The translations under genes and the position numbers were made by a program. Of a DNA stretch of 64,000 bases, positions 27,068 to 37,204 are shown in pieces. Position 1 is the first letter of the stretch, and every line of letters begins with the position of its first letter. This DNA comes from a virus. The stretch is from the IMG/VR virus record IMGVR_UViG_3300009481_003844. One strand, 5' to 3'. The notes beneath the pieces were generated by a model that worked only from the letters and a program-made list of their open reading frames with translations, searched no databases and was not told the origin of the DNA.

Positions 27068-28080
27068 TGGACGTTAATTCTCATAATGATTGGGATTCTC
27101 TTGAAGAAATAATTGTAGGTCGTGCAGATTTTGCACATATTCCTCCAGTGGATTCTTCAATGAAAAATTTCATGTTTGCAAATCTGTCAAATGAAGAAAT
27201 AAAAAAACATGTTGGATCATATAATCAGGATCTTCTTAAAGAAGCAAATGAGGATCTTGATATTTTATCTGAAGTATTGGAAGATTGTGGAGTTGTAGTT
27301 CATAGACCAGAAAGAACACAACATCATCAGCGAATTCAGACTCCAAAATGGAGAACTACTGGTTGGCATAATTATTGTCCCAGAGATATTTTTTTAATTT
27401 TGGGAAATAATATTATCGAAGTTCCTAGTGTTATGAGAAGTCGGGTGTTTGAAACTTGGTCTTATAATACAATTTTACACAAAGCATTTGAAGATGGTGC
27501 AAGATGGTTTTCTGCACCAAAGCAAATTATTAAAGATGAAAGTTTTGATTTTTCAGATTTATCAAAACCAACATTAATGAACAATGAGATTCTTTTTGAT
27601 GCCCCTAATGTAATAAGAATTAATAAAGATTTAATTTTTCAAATAAGTAATAGTGGGAATGAAAAAGGAGCCGAATGGTTAGAAAGAATGTTTCCTGAAT
27701 ATAAAATTCATATTGAACATGATGCATATTCAGGCGCCCATTTTGATAGTACAATAATTCCTTTAAGAGAAGGACTTGTATTATTAAATGGACTAAGATG
27801 TAATCAAGATAATTATCCTAAATTTTTTGATGATTGGGAAAGAATATTTTTTACTGATATTATTTCAACTAATTCTGAAGACTCTGGAATATCAAGCGAT
27901 TCAATTGGATTAAATTTATTAAACATTAATCCCAATTTAGTCATTGTTGATGAAAATCAAAAACCATTAATAAAAATTTTAGAACAATATAAAATAGATA
28001 GTATACCTTTATCTATGAAACATGCAAGAACATTAGGCGGTGGTTTCCACTGTGTAACATTGGATTTAAAGAGAAAATGA
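27067..28080 (+). CDS. Amidinotransferase (glycine/inosamine-phosphate amidinotransferase family)
   Basis: NSHNDWD.LEEIIVGRA, CPRD, LFDA (Asp), HFDST (His), RTLGGGFHC (Cys). Confidence 0.92.
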   Translation: MDVNSHNDWDSLEEIIVGRADFAHIPPVDSSMKNFMFANLSNEEIKKHVGSYNQDLLKEANEDLDILSEVLEDCGVVVHRPERTQHHQRIQTPKWRTTGWHNYCPRDIFLILGNNIIEVPSVMRSRVFETWSYNTILHKAFEDGARWFSAPKQIIKDESFDFSDLSKPTLMNNEILFDAPNVIRINKDLIFQISNSGNEKGAEWLERMFPEYKIHIEHDAYSGAHFDSTIIPLREGLVLLNGLRCNQDNYPKFFDDWERIFFTDIISTNSEDSGISSDSIGLNLLNINPNLVIVDENQKPLIKILEQYKIDSIPLSMKHARTLGGGFHCVTLDLKRK

Positions 28081-29858
28081 AACAAGTAGGATTTCTTGAA
28101 CTTTCTCATATTTTCACAAATCAAGTAAAATTACCATATTCTACTGGATGTATTTGGAGCTATTGTAAAACAGATGAAGAAATTTCAAATAATTATTCTT
28201 TTGATATTCATGATTGGTACTATGTACTTGATGGGTCTTTTGATGTTTCATCCACAGCTAGGAAACTCGCTGAATGTGATATTATAGGAGTATCATATTT
28301 TGTATGGAATACTCATACAAGCGATAGAGTTAGTGCAGAAATAAAAAGACTTAATCCCGCTTGTAGAATAATATATGGAGGATTGGGTACCCCTAAGTAT
28401 GGTAGATGTCAAGAATTTTTGAATGATCGACCATATATTGATGCTATTGTACACAATGAAGGAGAATTAGTTTTTGCAAACCTCTTAAAGAATGATGACT
28501 GGTCTAAAGTTAACGGAATTACAACTCATTCTTTTCAAACTCCCCTTGCAAATAGAATAAAAAATATTTCTGAAATGCCTAGTCCATATCTTGATGGGCT
28601 CTTTGATAATTTAGTTGCTACTAAAGATCATGATTATGAATGGGAAAGTTTAATTGAACTTGAACGAGGATGTCCATATACTTGTACTTTTTGTGAAGTT
28701 GGAGATAGACATTGGACTAAAGTTATTAAACAAGATTATGATAAGATGGTTAAAGAAATAAATTGGATTTCAGATCATAAGATTGATTATCTACATTTAA
28801 TCGATAATAATTTTGGAATGTATAAAGAACATAAAATTATATCAGATTTATTGATTGATAAATTAGAAACAAAAGGTTATCCAAATGCATTAAATATTAC
28901 TTGGGCAAAACATAAAAAACCTTATCTTTTTGATATTGCCGAAGATTTGTGGAAAGTGGGTCTGAATAAAAGTGTAACTCTTGCCTTACAGTCCACTAAT
29001 TCTTCTACTCTTAAAGCAGTTGAACGAGCAAATGAAAATACAAATTTGGAACAGGTTATAGCTTATTTAAAAAAGAAAGGAATGCCTGCGTATATTGAGA
29101 CTATTTTAGGATTACCAGAAGAGACTTTAAGTAGTTTTAAAGAAGGATTATATAGATTGATTGATGATATAGGATATCATAATTATATTGGAATTTATAC
29201 TATGGTAGCGTTACCAAATACACCATTTGGTGATCCCGAATATTTAAAAAAATATGGAGTAAAGATAGTTAAAACTGCTCCTTGTTTTTTTCATCATGAA
29301 CATCCTTCAGAAAAACTTATGGAAGATACAAATGATGTTGTTATTGGTTCTAGTGTTATGTCTTATGATGATTATTTAAAAGCATGTGGTTGGAAATGGT
29401 ATATGATATCTGTTCATTTTCTTGGTTGGTTAAGAGTTCTTGCAATAGATTTAAAAAAGAAACATAATATTACTCATAGACAATTTTATGATGATTTATT
29501 TAATTGGTCTATACAAAATTCGTCTACTTTATTATATAAAGAATATTATGTGACAATGAGATTATTAAATAAAGTATTTAAAAAAGAAATTCCTTGGGGA
29601 AGAAAAGTAAAAGGAGCTTCTGACATTTATTGGGAATATGAAGAAGCAACAGGTATTTATATCGCAAAAAACAAAAAAAGATTTTACAATGAAATCGGTG
29701 ATTTTTTGGAGAATACATATAATAGTAGATATCCCGTATTAGTAAAAAAACAATCAGACAAAATGCTTGATCCATTTCTTGTATATGAGGGAGATTTAGA
29801 AAAATATGCAAGAGAATGTTTGTGGTGGGGCAGACGAGCAGAAAGATTTTTTGTATGA
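28077..29858 (+). CDS. Cobalamin-binding radical SAM protein (class B methyltransferase-like)
   Basis: N-terminal B12 domain (IIGVS.FVWN...IIYGG, VHNEGE) and ERGCPYTCTFC. Confidence 0.9.
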   Translation: MKQVGFLELSHIFTNQVKLPYSTGCIWSYCKTDEEISNNYSFDIHDWYYVLDGSFDVSSTARKLAECDIIGVSYFVWNTHTSDRVSAEIKRLNPACRIIYGGLGTPKYGRCQEFLNDRPYIDAIVHNEGELVFANLLKNDDWSKVNGITTHSFQTPLANRIKNISEMPSPYLDGLFDNLVATKDHDYEWESLIELERGCPYTCTFCEVGDRHWTKVIKQDYDKMVKEINWISDHKIDYLHLIDNNFGMYKEHKIISDLLIDKLETKGYPNALNITWAKHKKPYLFDIAEDLWKVGLNKSVTLALQSTNSSTLKAVERANENTNLEQVIAYLKKKGMPAYIETILGLPEETLSSFKEGLYRLIDDIGYHNYIGIYTMVALPNTPFGDPEYLKKYGVKIVKTAPCFFHHEHPSEKLMEDTNDVVIGSSVMSYDDYLKACGWKWYMISVHFLGWLRVLAIDLKKKHNITHRQFYDDLFNWSIQNSSTLLYKEYYVTMRLLNKVFKKEIPWGRKVKGASDIYWEYEEATGIYIAKNKKRFYNEIGDFLENTYNSRYPVLVKKQSDKMLDPFLVYEGDLEKYARECLWWGRRAERFFV

Positions 29859-30454
29859 AATATTATGAAGACTTTTTAAAATATTTTTTAGATGTAGATT
29901 TGTTGAATGAATTAAAGTCTATTTCAGAATGGGAAAATTTTGATCGTAATACAAGTCATATGAAAGAATATTATGGCGAAGGTCAGTTAATTAATAAAAC
30001 ACGACAATATTTGCATTCTAAAAAATGTATAGAGTGGGTTGAAAAAGAATCAGGTGTAGATGGATTGGTTGTTGATGTTTATGGTACAGGTGAAGGAGTA
30101 TCATTAATGGAATCAGGAGATCAGTTAGATCCTCATATAGATTTTAATTGGAATAATCGAATAAAAATGAATCGTGCAGTAAATTTAACGGTTTATTTTG
30201 GTACTGTTACTGGTGGCGAATTTACAGTATGGGATGAAGATATGAAAACAGTAACTTTTTCTAAATCACCCAAACATAATTCTGCAATTTTATTTCAACA
30301 TAGTGAAACAAATGCTCATGGAGTTAAACCCGTAACTTCAGGTCAACGATATGCGATTAGACAATTTTATTATAAAAGCGAATCAACTTGTGATAATCCG
30401 CATCAGTCCCTTTATTGGTATAATCCAGAAAAAAATATGCCTACAAATACATAA
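29855..30454 (+). CDS. Fe(II)/2OG oxygenase
   Basis: G..L.PHIDFN, GGEF, HGV.PV, R.AIR.FYY; ATGA overlap gives start 29855. Confidence 0.85.
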   Translation: MKYYEDFLKYFLDVDLLNELKSISEWENFDRNTSHMKEYYGEGQLINKTRQYLHSKKCIEWVEKESGVDGLVVDVYGTGEGVSLMESGDQLDPHIDFNWNNRIKMNRAVNLTVYFGTVTGGEFTVWDEDMKTVTFSKSPKHNSAILFQHSETNAHGVKPVTSGQRYAIRQFYYKSESTCDNPHQSLYWYNPEKNMPTNT

Positions 30455-31170
30455 TGGAAATATTTCTTCACGGACCTGGGGGATGTATGACAACTTGGCC
30501 CCTAACAAGATTTGCTTATAATTGGTGGAAAGATAAACCAAAAAAAATGATATTTGAATATTCTTGGAATCTTGAAGAAAATTGGAAAAATAACGAAGAT
30601 TATTCATATTTACCTAGACAAAAACTTCTTAAAAAATTCGAAGTGCCTAGGGCCGCAGACTTTTTGTATGACAAATATTGGGCTGAAAATGATACGGCTT
30701 TATATATGTGTGATTATGATAATTGCATAATTTTTGTTGAATATGATAATCGAGTATCTATGCATTATCCTGATGAATTATCATGTGTGAATTATGATAT
30801 AGAATATCAATTTTCAACCGAAATGTTTTATTCGGGAGTTTCTTCAGAAATAGGTAATTGGCAACATAAAAAATATAATACATTTATTCCGTTAAAAGAT
30901 TTTAGATTACATGTTAAAAAGATTAATGGTCGAAAATGGATTTTTGATCTTGATGTAGAAAAAACTAAAGCAATGTATAATCTCTATGTTGAAACACCAC
31001 ATGTAGTAGATTGGTATTATAGATTACATGTTAGAAATAAAACTGTTATTGATAATTTTAGTGAATATACAGGTATAGATTTATCTTATGATATGAATTC
31101 AGGAGATAATTTGCGAGGAGATCCTGATACTTTAGATGTTTCTGATTTTAAATTTCATATTAATCGTTAG
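30454..31170 (+). CDS. Hypothetical protein (N-terminal Gly-rich loop)
   Basis: 238 aa ORF; LHGPGGC. Confidence 0.55.
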   Translation: MEIFLHGPGGCMTTWPLTRFAYNWWKDKPKKMIFEYSWNLEENWKNNEDYSYLPRQKLLKKFEVPRAADFLYDKYWAENDTALYMCDYDNCIIFVEYDNRVSMHYPDELSCVNYDIEYQFSTEMFYSGVSSEIGNWQHKKYNTFIPLKDFRLHVKKINGRKWIFDLDVEKTKAMYNLYVETPHVVDWYYRLHVRNKTVIDNFSEYTGIDLSYDMNSGDNLRGDPDTLDVSDFKFHINR

Positions 31171-31176
31171 AAGTAT

Positions 31177-31764
31177 ATGTGGAAACATGTAGATTTATTT
31201 GAAAGAGAGGTTGCAAGAATAATAGGAGCGCCTTATGGAATTGCTACAGATTGTTGTACTCATGCAATTTTTATTTCTTTATTATGGGAAAAAGAACATG
31301 GATTAACTGAAATAGGATTACCTAAAAGAACATATATAAGTGTTCCTCAAGCATGTAGACATCTTAATTTAAAAATTCATTATCATAATACGCCTTGGAA
31401 AGGTTCTTATGATATTATTGGAAGCAACGTTGTGGATTCTGCTTGTCATTTTTCAGAGAACACATATAATGAAGGGTTTAGTCATTGTTTAAGTTTTCAT
31501 CATCGCAAAACTTTATCTACAATACGTGGTGGTATGATTTTGACAGATAATAAAGAGTTTGCAGATTGGGCTAGACTTATGATTTATGATGGTCGTGATA
31601 GAAATAAAATGATGAAAGACGACAATCCAACATTATGTGGATATCATTATTATATGTCCCCCGAAACAGCAATATTGGGAATGCAAAATTTAATGAAATT
31701 GGATACCTATATTCAAAAATCTATTGCAACATATAAAGACTACAAAGATATAAGTCATATATGA
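31177..31764 (+). CDS. Short DegT/DnrJ/EryC1/StrS-family PLP aminotransferase
   Basis: FE...A...G..Y.IA...CT.A; TY.SVP; VDSA (Asp); CLSF..RKTL...RGGMILTD (PLP Lys). Confidence 0.8.
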   Translation: MWKHVDLFEREVARIIGAPYGIATDCCTHAIFISLLWEKEHGLTEIGLPKRTYISVPQACRHLNLKIHYHNTPWKGSYDIIGSNVVDSACHFSENTYNEGFSHCLSFHHRKTLSTIRGGMILTDNKEFADWARLMIYDGRDRNKMMKDDNPTLCGYHYYMSPETAILGMQNLMKLDTYIQKSIATYKDYKDISHI

Positions 31765-32999
31765 TTTTTTGTGATATTCCTAAAATAGAAGATATTATTC
31801 CTCATTGTTGGACAGATCCAGTTGAGGGTTCTTTTCATTTACAAAAATATCTTAAAGAAAACATTCCTATAGATTCTGATGTTTGTATTATTGATAGGTC
31901 TGAAGTTGAACGATTGTGGCCTTTAGATTTATCAGAAAGCAAAATTGTTCATAATATACATGAAGCATTGTCAAACCATACAGGAAAAATATTTTATCTT
32001 AGCGGAGATTTGAATATTTTTAAACGTTATAATAAATGGGTATTGACAACAAAACCTGATCGAAAAGTAACACCTATTGTTTTTCCTTTTTGTTTTTTTC
32101 CAAAACCGGGTTTAGTAGAAGATTTTTGTGTTGAAAGTTTAGAATTAACTTATTCTGATGAAGAACGAGAATTATATAAACAAATACGTTTAAAAGATAA
32201 AACTAAAAATTTTATAAATTTAACTTGTAGTCCAAAATTATTAAGACTATTATTATTAAAAAGATATTATCATTATCAAAATTTTGATTATTCATTTTTT
32301 CCATGGCATCATGGAGAAAATTTTCCAGAAGTATCTATTGATTATCCTCTTGTATGGGATAAATCTGGTCAAAAAGTGAAAGGATCTGATGGTTTTTATC
32401 AATTGAGAGATACATGGTTTTTGTCTGAACCTATTCCTATAAGAGAATTGACAGAATTTTCTGGTGAATGGAAATCGGGAAGTAAAGATAAAATATTTTT
32501 TGATGATTCAATGCCTCAGGAAGTTTTTACAAGTTGTTGTGATATAGTAACAGAATCGTATTATTGTAATGATTCTGTGTTTTTTACTGAAAAAACTTTT
32601 AAAGAAATTATATTTAGAAGACCTTTTCTTATGTTGGGCGCTAAAAATCAATATAAATTTTTTAAAAAATTGGGATTTGTATTATATGATGAAATTTTTA
32701 ATTATGATTTTGATGATGCTGACAATCTTAAAGAAAGATATGAAGGATTTTGTGATCAAATAGATCGATATATACATTTATCACCAATCAAATTTAATAA
32801 AAAGTTAAAAATTTTAACTGAAAAAATAGAATATAATTTTCAATTATTAAATCAAAAAATATTAGAAAGTGTAAACATCTATGAGATGATTTCTAGATGT
32901 CATGATGATGAAAATATATTTGTTGAAAATTCAAAAATGGATAAAATGTTTGAAGATGTTTTACCACAATTAGAAGATTATACAACAGAGGTATTATGA
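31761..32999 (+). CDS. GT10-like protein, paralog 2
   Basis: VTESY..FFTEKTFK...RPFL.LG...GF..YDE.FNY.FD. Confidence 0.5.
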   Translation: MIFCDIPKIEDIIPHCWTDPVEGSFHLQKYLKENIPIDSDVCIIDRSEVERLWPLDLSESKIVHNIHEALSNHTGKIFYLSGDLNIFKRYNKWVLTTKPDRKVTPIVFPFCFFPKPGLVEDFCVESLELTYSDEERELYKQIRLKDKTKNFINLTCSPKLLRLLLLKRYYHYQNFDYSFFPWHHGENFPEVSIDYPLVWDKSGQKVKGSDGFYQLRDTWFLSEPIPIRELTEFSGEWKSGSKDKIFFDDSMPQEVFTSCCDIVTESYYCNDSVFFTEKTFKEIIFRRPFLMLGAKNQYKFFKKLGFVLYDEIFNYDFDDADNLKERYEGFCDQIDRYIHLSPIKFNKKLKILTEKIEYNFQLLNQKILESVNIYEMISRCHDDENIFVENSKMDKMFEDVLPQLEDYTTEVL

Positions 33000-33904
33000 C
33001 AATTTATCTTTTTGGTGATAGTTATGTAGAAAACGAGCCTGCTCACTTTCTTAATGTAAGAGATCATGAAAGATGGTATGATATTCTTTCGAAAAGAATG
33101 AATGAAGAAAATGTTAATTATGGTCAAGCTGGTGAAGGTCCTATAGAAACCATGGAAAAATTTCAAACAGGTTTAGAGTCTGGTTATTATAATGAAAATG
33201 ATAAATTTGTTATTGCATTATCTTCACCATTTCGTATACCTTGGAAATGGAGAAGGAAGGGTAGAAAAGAAGATAAAGCTAATCAATTAAGAGCCGATGA
33301 TATTTTGAATTCTTCTGATTTTCTTTTTCGTTCTTTTAAACAAGAATTGGGTGTTGGGTTGGGGGGTGGTGTATCATCGGCTGTCATGGAAGATTCTTAT
33401 TTTTCAGGAATTGATGATGCAGATGTAAAATTTAATGAAATGCAAATATTTACTCTAAAATCTTTTTATGATTGTATGCATGATGAATTATCATATACAA
33501 ATGCAAAAAACATATGCTTATTGAAACACATTTCGATACAAAATAATTTACCTATAATTGTTTTTACAGTTTTTGATTGGAATAATACTCCTATGGAAAA
33601 AAAATCGAATAATATGTCTGTATATAATTTAGAAAATATTAATGATGATTTATTTTATTATTATCCTACGCCCTTATTTGAACATTCAATGCGTGAATGG
33701 AAAAATAAAGAAAAGATGAATGAAGGAATGTTAAATCATTTTTCTGAACGTAATCATGAAATAGTTGCAAATATTATTTGTAATCATTTTACTGATTCTG
33801 ATTATTCTGTAAAATTTCATGAGGGGTTTATTATAGGAGATAAAAATTCTGATAATCGAGGAAATATAGATTCAACAAAATATGTAGATTTTATTTATGA
33901 TTAA
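32996..33904 (+). CDS. SGNH/GDSL-fold protein
   Basis: LFGDSY; NYGQAGEGP; NHFSERNH; ends FIYD. Confidence 0.65.
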   Translation: MTIYLFGDSYVENEPAHFLNVRDHERWYDILSKRMNEENVNYGQAGEGPIETMEKFQTGLESGYYNENDKFVIALSSPFRIPWKWRRKGRKEDKANQLRADDILNSSDFLFRSFKQELGVGLGGGVSSAVMEDSYFSGIDDADVKFNEMQIFTLKSFYDCMHDELSYTNAKNICLLKHISIQNNLPIIVFTVFDWNNTPMEKKSNNMSVYNLENINDDLFYYYPTPLFEHSMREWKNKEKMNEGMLNHFSERNHEIVANIICNHFTDSDYSVKFHEGFIIGDKNSDNRGNIDSTKYVDFIYD

Positions 33905-35261
33905 ATGGGGAACAACATTTGGTTCTCATGATGGAGCATTAGCAGTTTTTGAAAATGATAAACTTGTATTTGCTTCTGATGCAGAACGATGGTCAAGAAA
34001 AAAAAATGATCCTATCATTCCAGGTAGATTGGTAGAATTTGCAGAGAATAAATGGGGGGTTCCTGAAACAGTATATTTTTATGAAGATTGGAATCTTAAA
34101 AATGAACGAAGAAAATTTGCAGGACAAACATCTCTTGATGAAGTTTATTTTAAATATCCCATCAGATATTGTAATCATCATTTGTCTCATGCTCGTTATG
34201 GCTATTGGACTTCTCCTTTTGTAGATTGTACAGTTTTAGTGTTAGATGCAATTGGTGAATGGAATACTATGACTCAATGGAAAGTGAAAGATGGTAATTT
34301 TTCATTAAGTAGAGAATGGAATTATCCTAAATCTCTTGGTTTGTTTTATTCTGCAATGACTCAGGCGGCAGGTTGGAAACCAAATGAAGAAGAATATATT
34401 TTGATGGGAGCATCAGCAGTCACACAAAACTACAATATACATGATTATCAATATATTAAATCAATGTGGGACGATAATAAAAGTTTTCATCAAGGAATAG
34501 ATATAGAAGGATTGACTGATGAGTTTGAGATAGCCGCTATAGCACAAGACATTTATGAAGAAGAATTTCAAAAAATTATAGGTGAAATTGATGATGAAAA
34601 TCTTGTTTTTGTTGGAGGATGTGCTTTAAACGTATCAGCAAATCGTTTTCTTACAAAATTTAATACATTTATTCCCTGCAACCCAGGTGATGGTGGATCT
34701 GCTATTGGGTGTGCTTTAGATCATAAAATAGAAGCAAATCCATATCTTGGTTACGAAATTGCAGGAGAATATCCCGTCACAGAAATTATCAAAGAACTTA
34801 AAGAAAATCATATGGTAGGTGTGGCGAAGGGTCGAGCAGAATTTGGACCAAGAGCATTGGGTAATAGATCATTTCTTGCTGATCCATCTCTTCCTGATAT
34901 GAAAGATAGAGTGAATAAAGTTAAAGGACGAGAAGAATTTAGACCATTTGCACCAATGATATTAAAAGAAGATGTAGACAGATATTTTGAAAAAGGTATT
35001 TCATCACCTTTTATGAATACAATTCGTAAGGCAAAGAAAGAAACATTGGATAAATATATGTGTATAGTACATTTAGATGGAACATCAAGAATACAAGAAG
35101 TGTCTGAGGAACCACACAGAACCCTACTTGAAGAATGGAAAAAAGAAACAGGATGTCCAATGCTATTGAATACTTCTTTGAATATTAAGGGAGAACCAAT
35201 AGTAAATACTGAACAAGATGCTAAAAAGTTTAAATTAAAAACAGGCATAGAAGTTTTATAG
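33897..35261 (+). CDS. O-carbamoyltransferase (NodU/CmcH/TobZ family)
   Basis: HDGA.A..ER.SR.K, HH.SHA, DAIGE, GGCALN, EFGPRALGNRS, KGRE.FRPFAP, LNTSLN..GEPIV. Confidence 0.95.
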   Translation: MIKWGTTFGSHDGALAVFENDKLVFASDAERWSRKKNDPIIPGRLVEFAENKWGVPETVYFYEDWNLKNERRKFAGQTSLDEVYFKYPIRYCNHHLSHARYGYWTSPFVDCTVLVLDAIGEWNTMTQWKVKDGNFSLSREWNYPKSLGLFYSAMTQAAGWKPNEEEYILMGASAVTQNYNIHDYQYIKSMWDDNKSFHQGIDIEGLTDEFEIAAIAQDIYEEEFQKIIGEIDDENLVFVGGCALNVSANRFLTKFNTFIPCNPGDGGSAIGCALDHKIEANPYLGYEIAGEYPVTEIIKELKENHMVGVAKGRAEFGPRALGNRSFLADPSLPDMKDRVNKVKGREEFRPFAPMILKEDVDRYFEKGISSPFMNTIRKAKKETLDKYMCIVHLDGTSRIQEVSEEPHRTLLEEWKKETGCPMLLNTSLNIKGEPIVNTEQDAKKFKLKTGIEVL

Positions 35262-35268
35262 GAGACAT

Positions 35269-35949
35269 ATGCACATGCATGGATCATTTAATAAGATGTT
35301 GAGAGAGACTATTCATGAATCTCAAAAATGTCAAAGAAACTGGGATTTAAGTAAGCAAATTTCAGAAGAAGATAAAAATTTAATAGTTGAAGCGGCTACA
35401 AATTCTCCTTCAAAACAAAATTTAAATTATTTTAAATTACATGTGATTGAAGATAGAGATATGATCGAAGACATACATGAAAATACTAGAGGATTTGGTC
35501 CAATTTATAAAAATTTTGATGCTGATAAAACTCCAAAAAAATTATCAGAAGAAGGAAAAGCTCATTATGAAGAAGGGGATGGTGATGGGAATTGGTACAC
35601 TAATTCTCAAGTTTTAGGACAACTGTTGTTAGCATTTACTAAAAATGAACCAACACAAATACGAGAAGAAGATGATTCTTATGAAGAAGATCGAGCCATG
35701 GCTATTGGAATAGCGGCGGGTTATGTAAATGTGATTGCTACTCAATTGGGATATTCTACTGGATGTTGTAAATGTATGGATTCTGATACAATACAGAATA
35801 TTTTAGGAGGAGAAGCCCCTATTTTGTTGATGGGAGTTGGTGTAGCAGATAAAACAAGAGATCGTAGAGAACATCATACAGAAACCAATTTTACATTTCC
35901 CTCATTAAAATCTCTGAAAAATATTGAGACTGTTACATATCCAGCATAA
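35269..35949 (+). CDS. Nitroreductase-family flavoprotein
   Basis: QRNWD...AA.NSPSKQN, A.GIAAGY....A.QLGY.TG.C. Confidence 0.8.
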   Translation: MHMHGSFNKMLRETIHESQKCQRNWDLSKQISEEDKNLIVEAATNSPSKQNLNYFKLHVIEDRDMIEDIHENTRGFGPIYKNFDADKTPKKLSEEGKAHYEEGDGDGNWYTNSQVLGQLLLAFTKNEPTQIREEDDSYEEDRAMAIGIAAGYVNVIATQLGYSTGCCKCMDSDTIQNILGGEAPILLMGVGVADKTRDRREHHTETNFTFPSLKSLKNIETVTYPA

Positions 35950-35968
35950 CAAAATAATATAGGATATT

Positions 35969-37204
35969 ATGAAAATATGCATAGTGGGAGGTAGTACCGC
36001 AGGTTGGTGGGCGGCAGGTTATCTGGAAAAAAATATGCCAGAGTGTGAAATTGTATTATATGATTCTCCTGATATACCAAATTTAGGTGTAGGGGAATCT
36101 ACCTTACCTCAAATAAAAACTTGGTTTGATGATATAGGAATAAAAGAAGAAAATTGGTTTGATAAGTGTAATGCCGTTAAGAAATATGGTAATTATAAGC
36201 AAGGTTGGAATACTCCCCCAATAGATGATTCAATGACATTGAGATTTTGGTATGATAGGGGATTATTTGAAGATTTATTTAATGAACCTCAAAATTGGAA
36301 TAAAGATCAAACTCCAAAGAAACAAAATTTTTATGATGTTTTTGAAACAAATTATGATTATGCTTATCATATTTGTGCAGAGTCATCTGGAAAAATGTTG
36401 AAGAATTTTTGTGAACGTACTGAAACACGATATGAGACACTTGATAAATTACCCCCTGGTTTTGATTTATATCTTGATTGTACAGGTTTTAGTAGAAAGT
36501 TTGTTAATGATTTTACTGAGATGTCTATCAGTAAATATCATATTCTAGATAATGCATGGGTTATAAATCTACAAAGAGAAAATGATGTTCCCATTTGTGA
36601 TTTTACAAAATCTATTGCAAAAAAATATGGATGGCAATTTCAAATAGATTTACAAAACAGAACAGGTATAGGTTATGTTTTTAGTAGTCAACATATTGAT
36701 GTTGAATCTGCTCTTTTAGAGTTTAGAACGTTTTATAAGAATCGTACTCCGGTGGAAAGTGGTCATTTATGTGAACCCAAATTATATCAATGGAAACCAC
36801 TTGTACTTCAAAATCCTTGGTCAAATAATATTGTAGCACTTGGTACTTCAGCGGGTTTTGTAGAACCTTTAGAAGCTACCACACTTTTTAATTTGCAAGC
36901 AGGTATAACTACTTTAGTAAGATGTTTGAAACATAAAATTCCATCAAAAGTGTATAACCGACAAATGAGAAATATTTGGAGAGACAGTTTACGGTTTATA
37001 GAATGTCATTATACGTTGAGTGATCGAAAAGATTCTAGTTTTTGGAGATATATAACAAAAGAAAAACCCAAATATCAAAAATTAATTTGGGAATATTATG
37101 ATAAATATAGTTCTGAATTTACAAATATTTTTCCATCAGGCGTCTGGGCTCAACAAATAATTTATATGAATGCATATGATAATAGGACCACTGCAACTAA
37201 CTGA
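35969..37204 (+). CDS. Tryptophan-halogenase-like FAD-dependent oxidoreductase
   Basis: IVGGSTAGW, GVGEST, DCTGF, GWQFQI.L..R.G.GYVFS, SAGFVEPLEAT. Confidence 0.85.
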   Translation: MKICIVGGSTAGWWAAGYLEKNMPECEIVLYDSPDIPNLGVGESTLPQIKTWFDDIGIKEENWFDKCNAVKKYGNYKQGWNTPPIDDSMTLRFWYDRGLFEDLFNEPQNWNKDQTPKKQNFYDVFETNYDYAYHICAESSGKMLKNFCERTETRYETLDKLPPGFDLYLDCTGFSRKFVNDFTEMSISKYHILDNAWVINLQRENDVPICDFTKSIAKKYGWQFQIDLQNRTGIGYVFSSQHIDVESALLEFRTFYKNRTPVESGHLCEPKLYQWKPLVLQNPWSNNIVALGTSAGFVEPLEATTLFNLQAGITTLVRCLKHKIPSKVYNRQMRNIWRDSLRFIECHYTLSDRKDSSFWRYITKEKPKYQKLIWEYYDKYSSEFTNIFPSGVWAQQIIYMNAYDNRTTATN

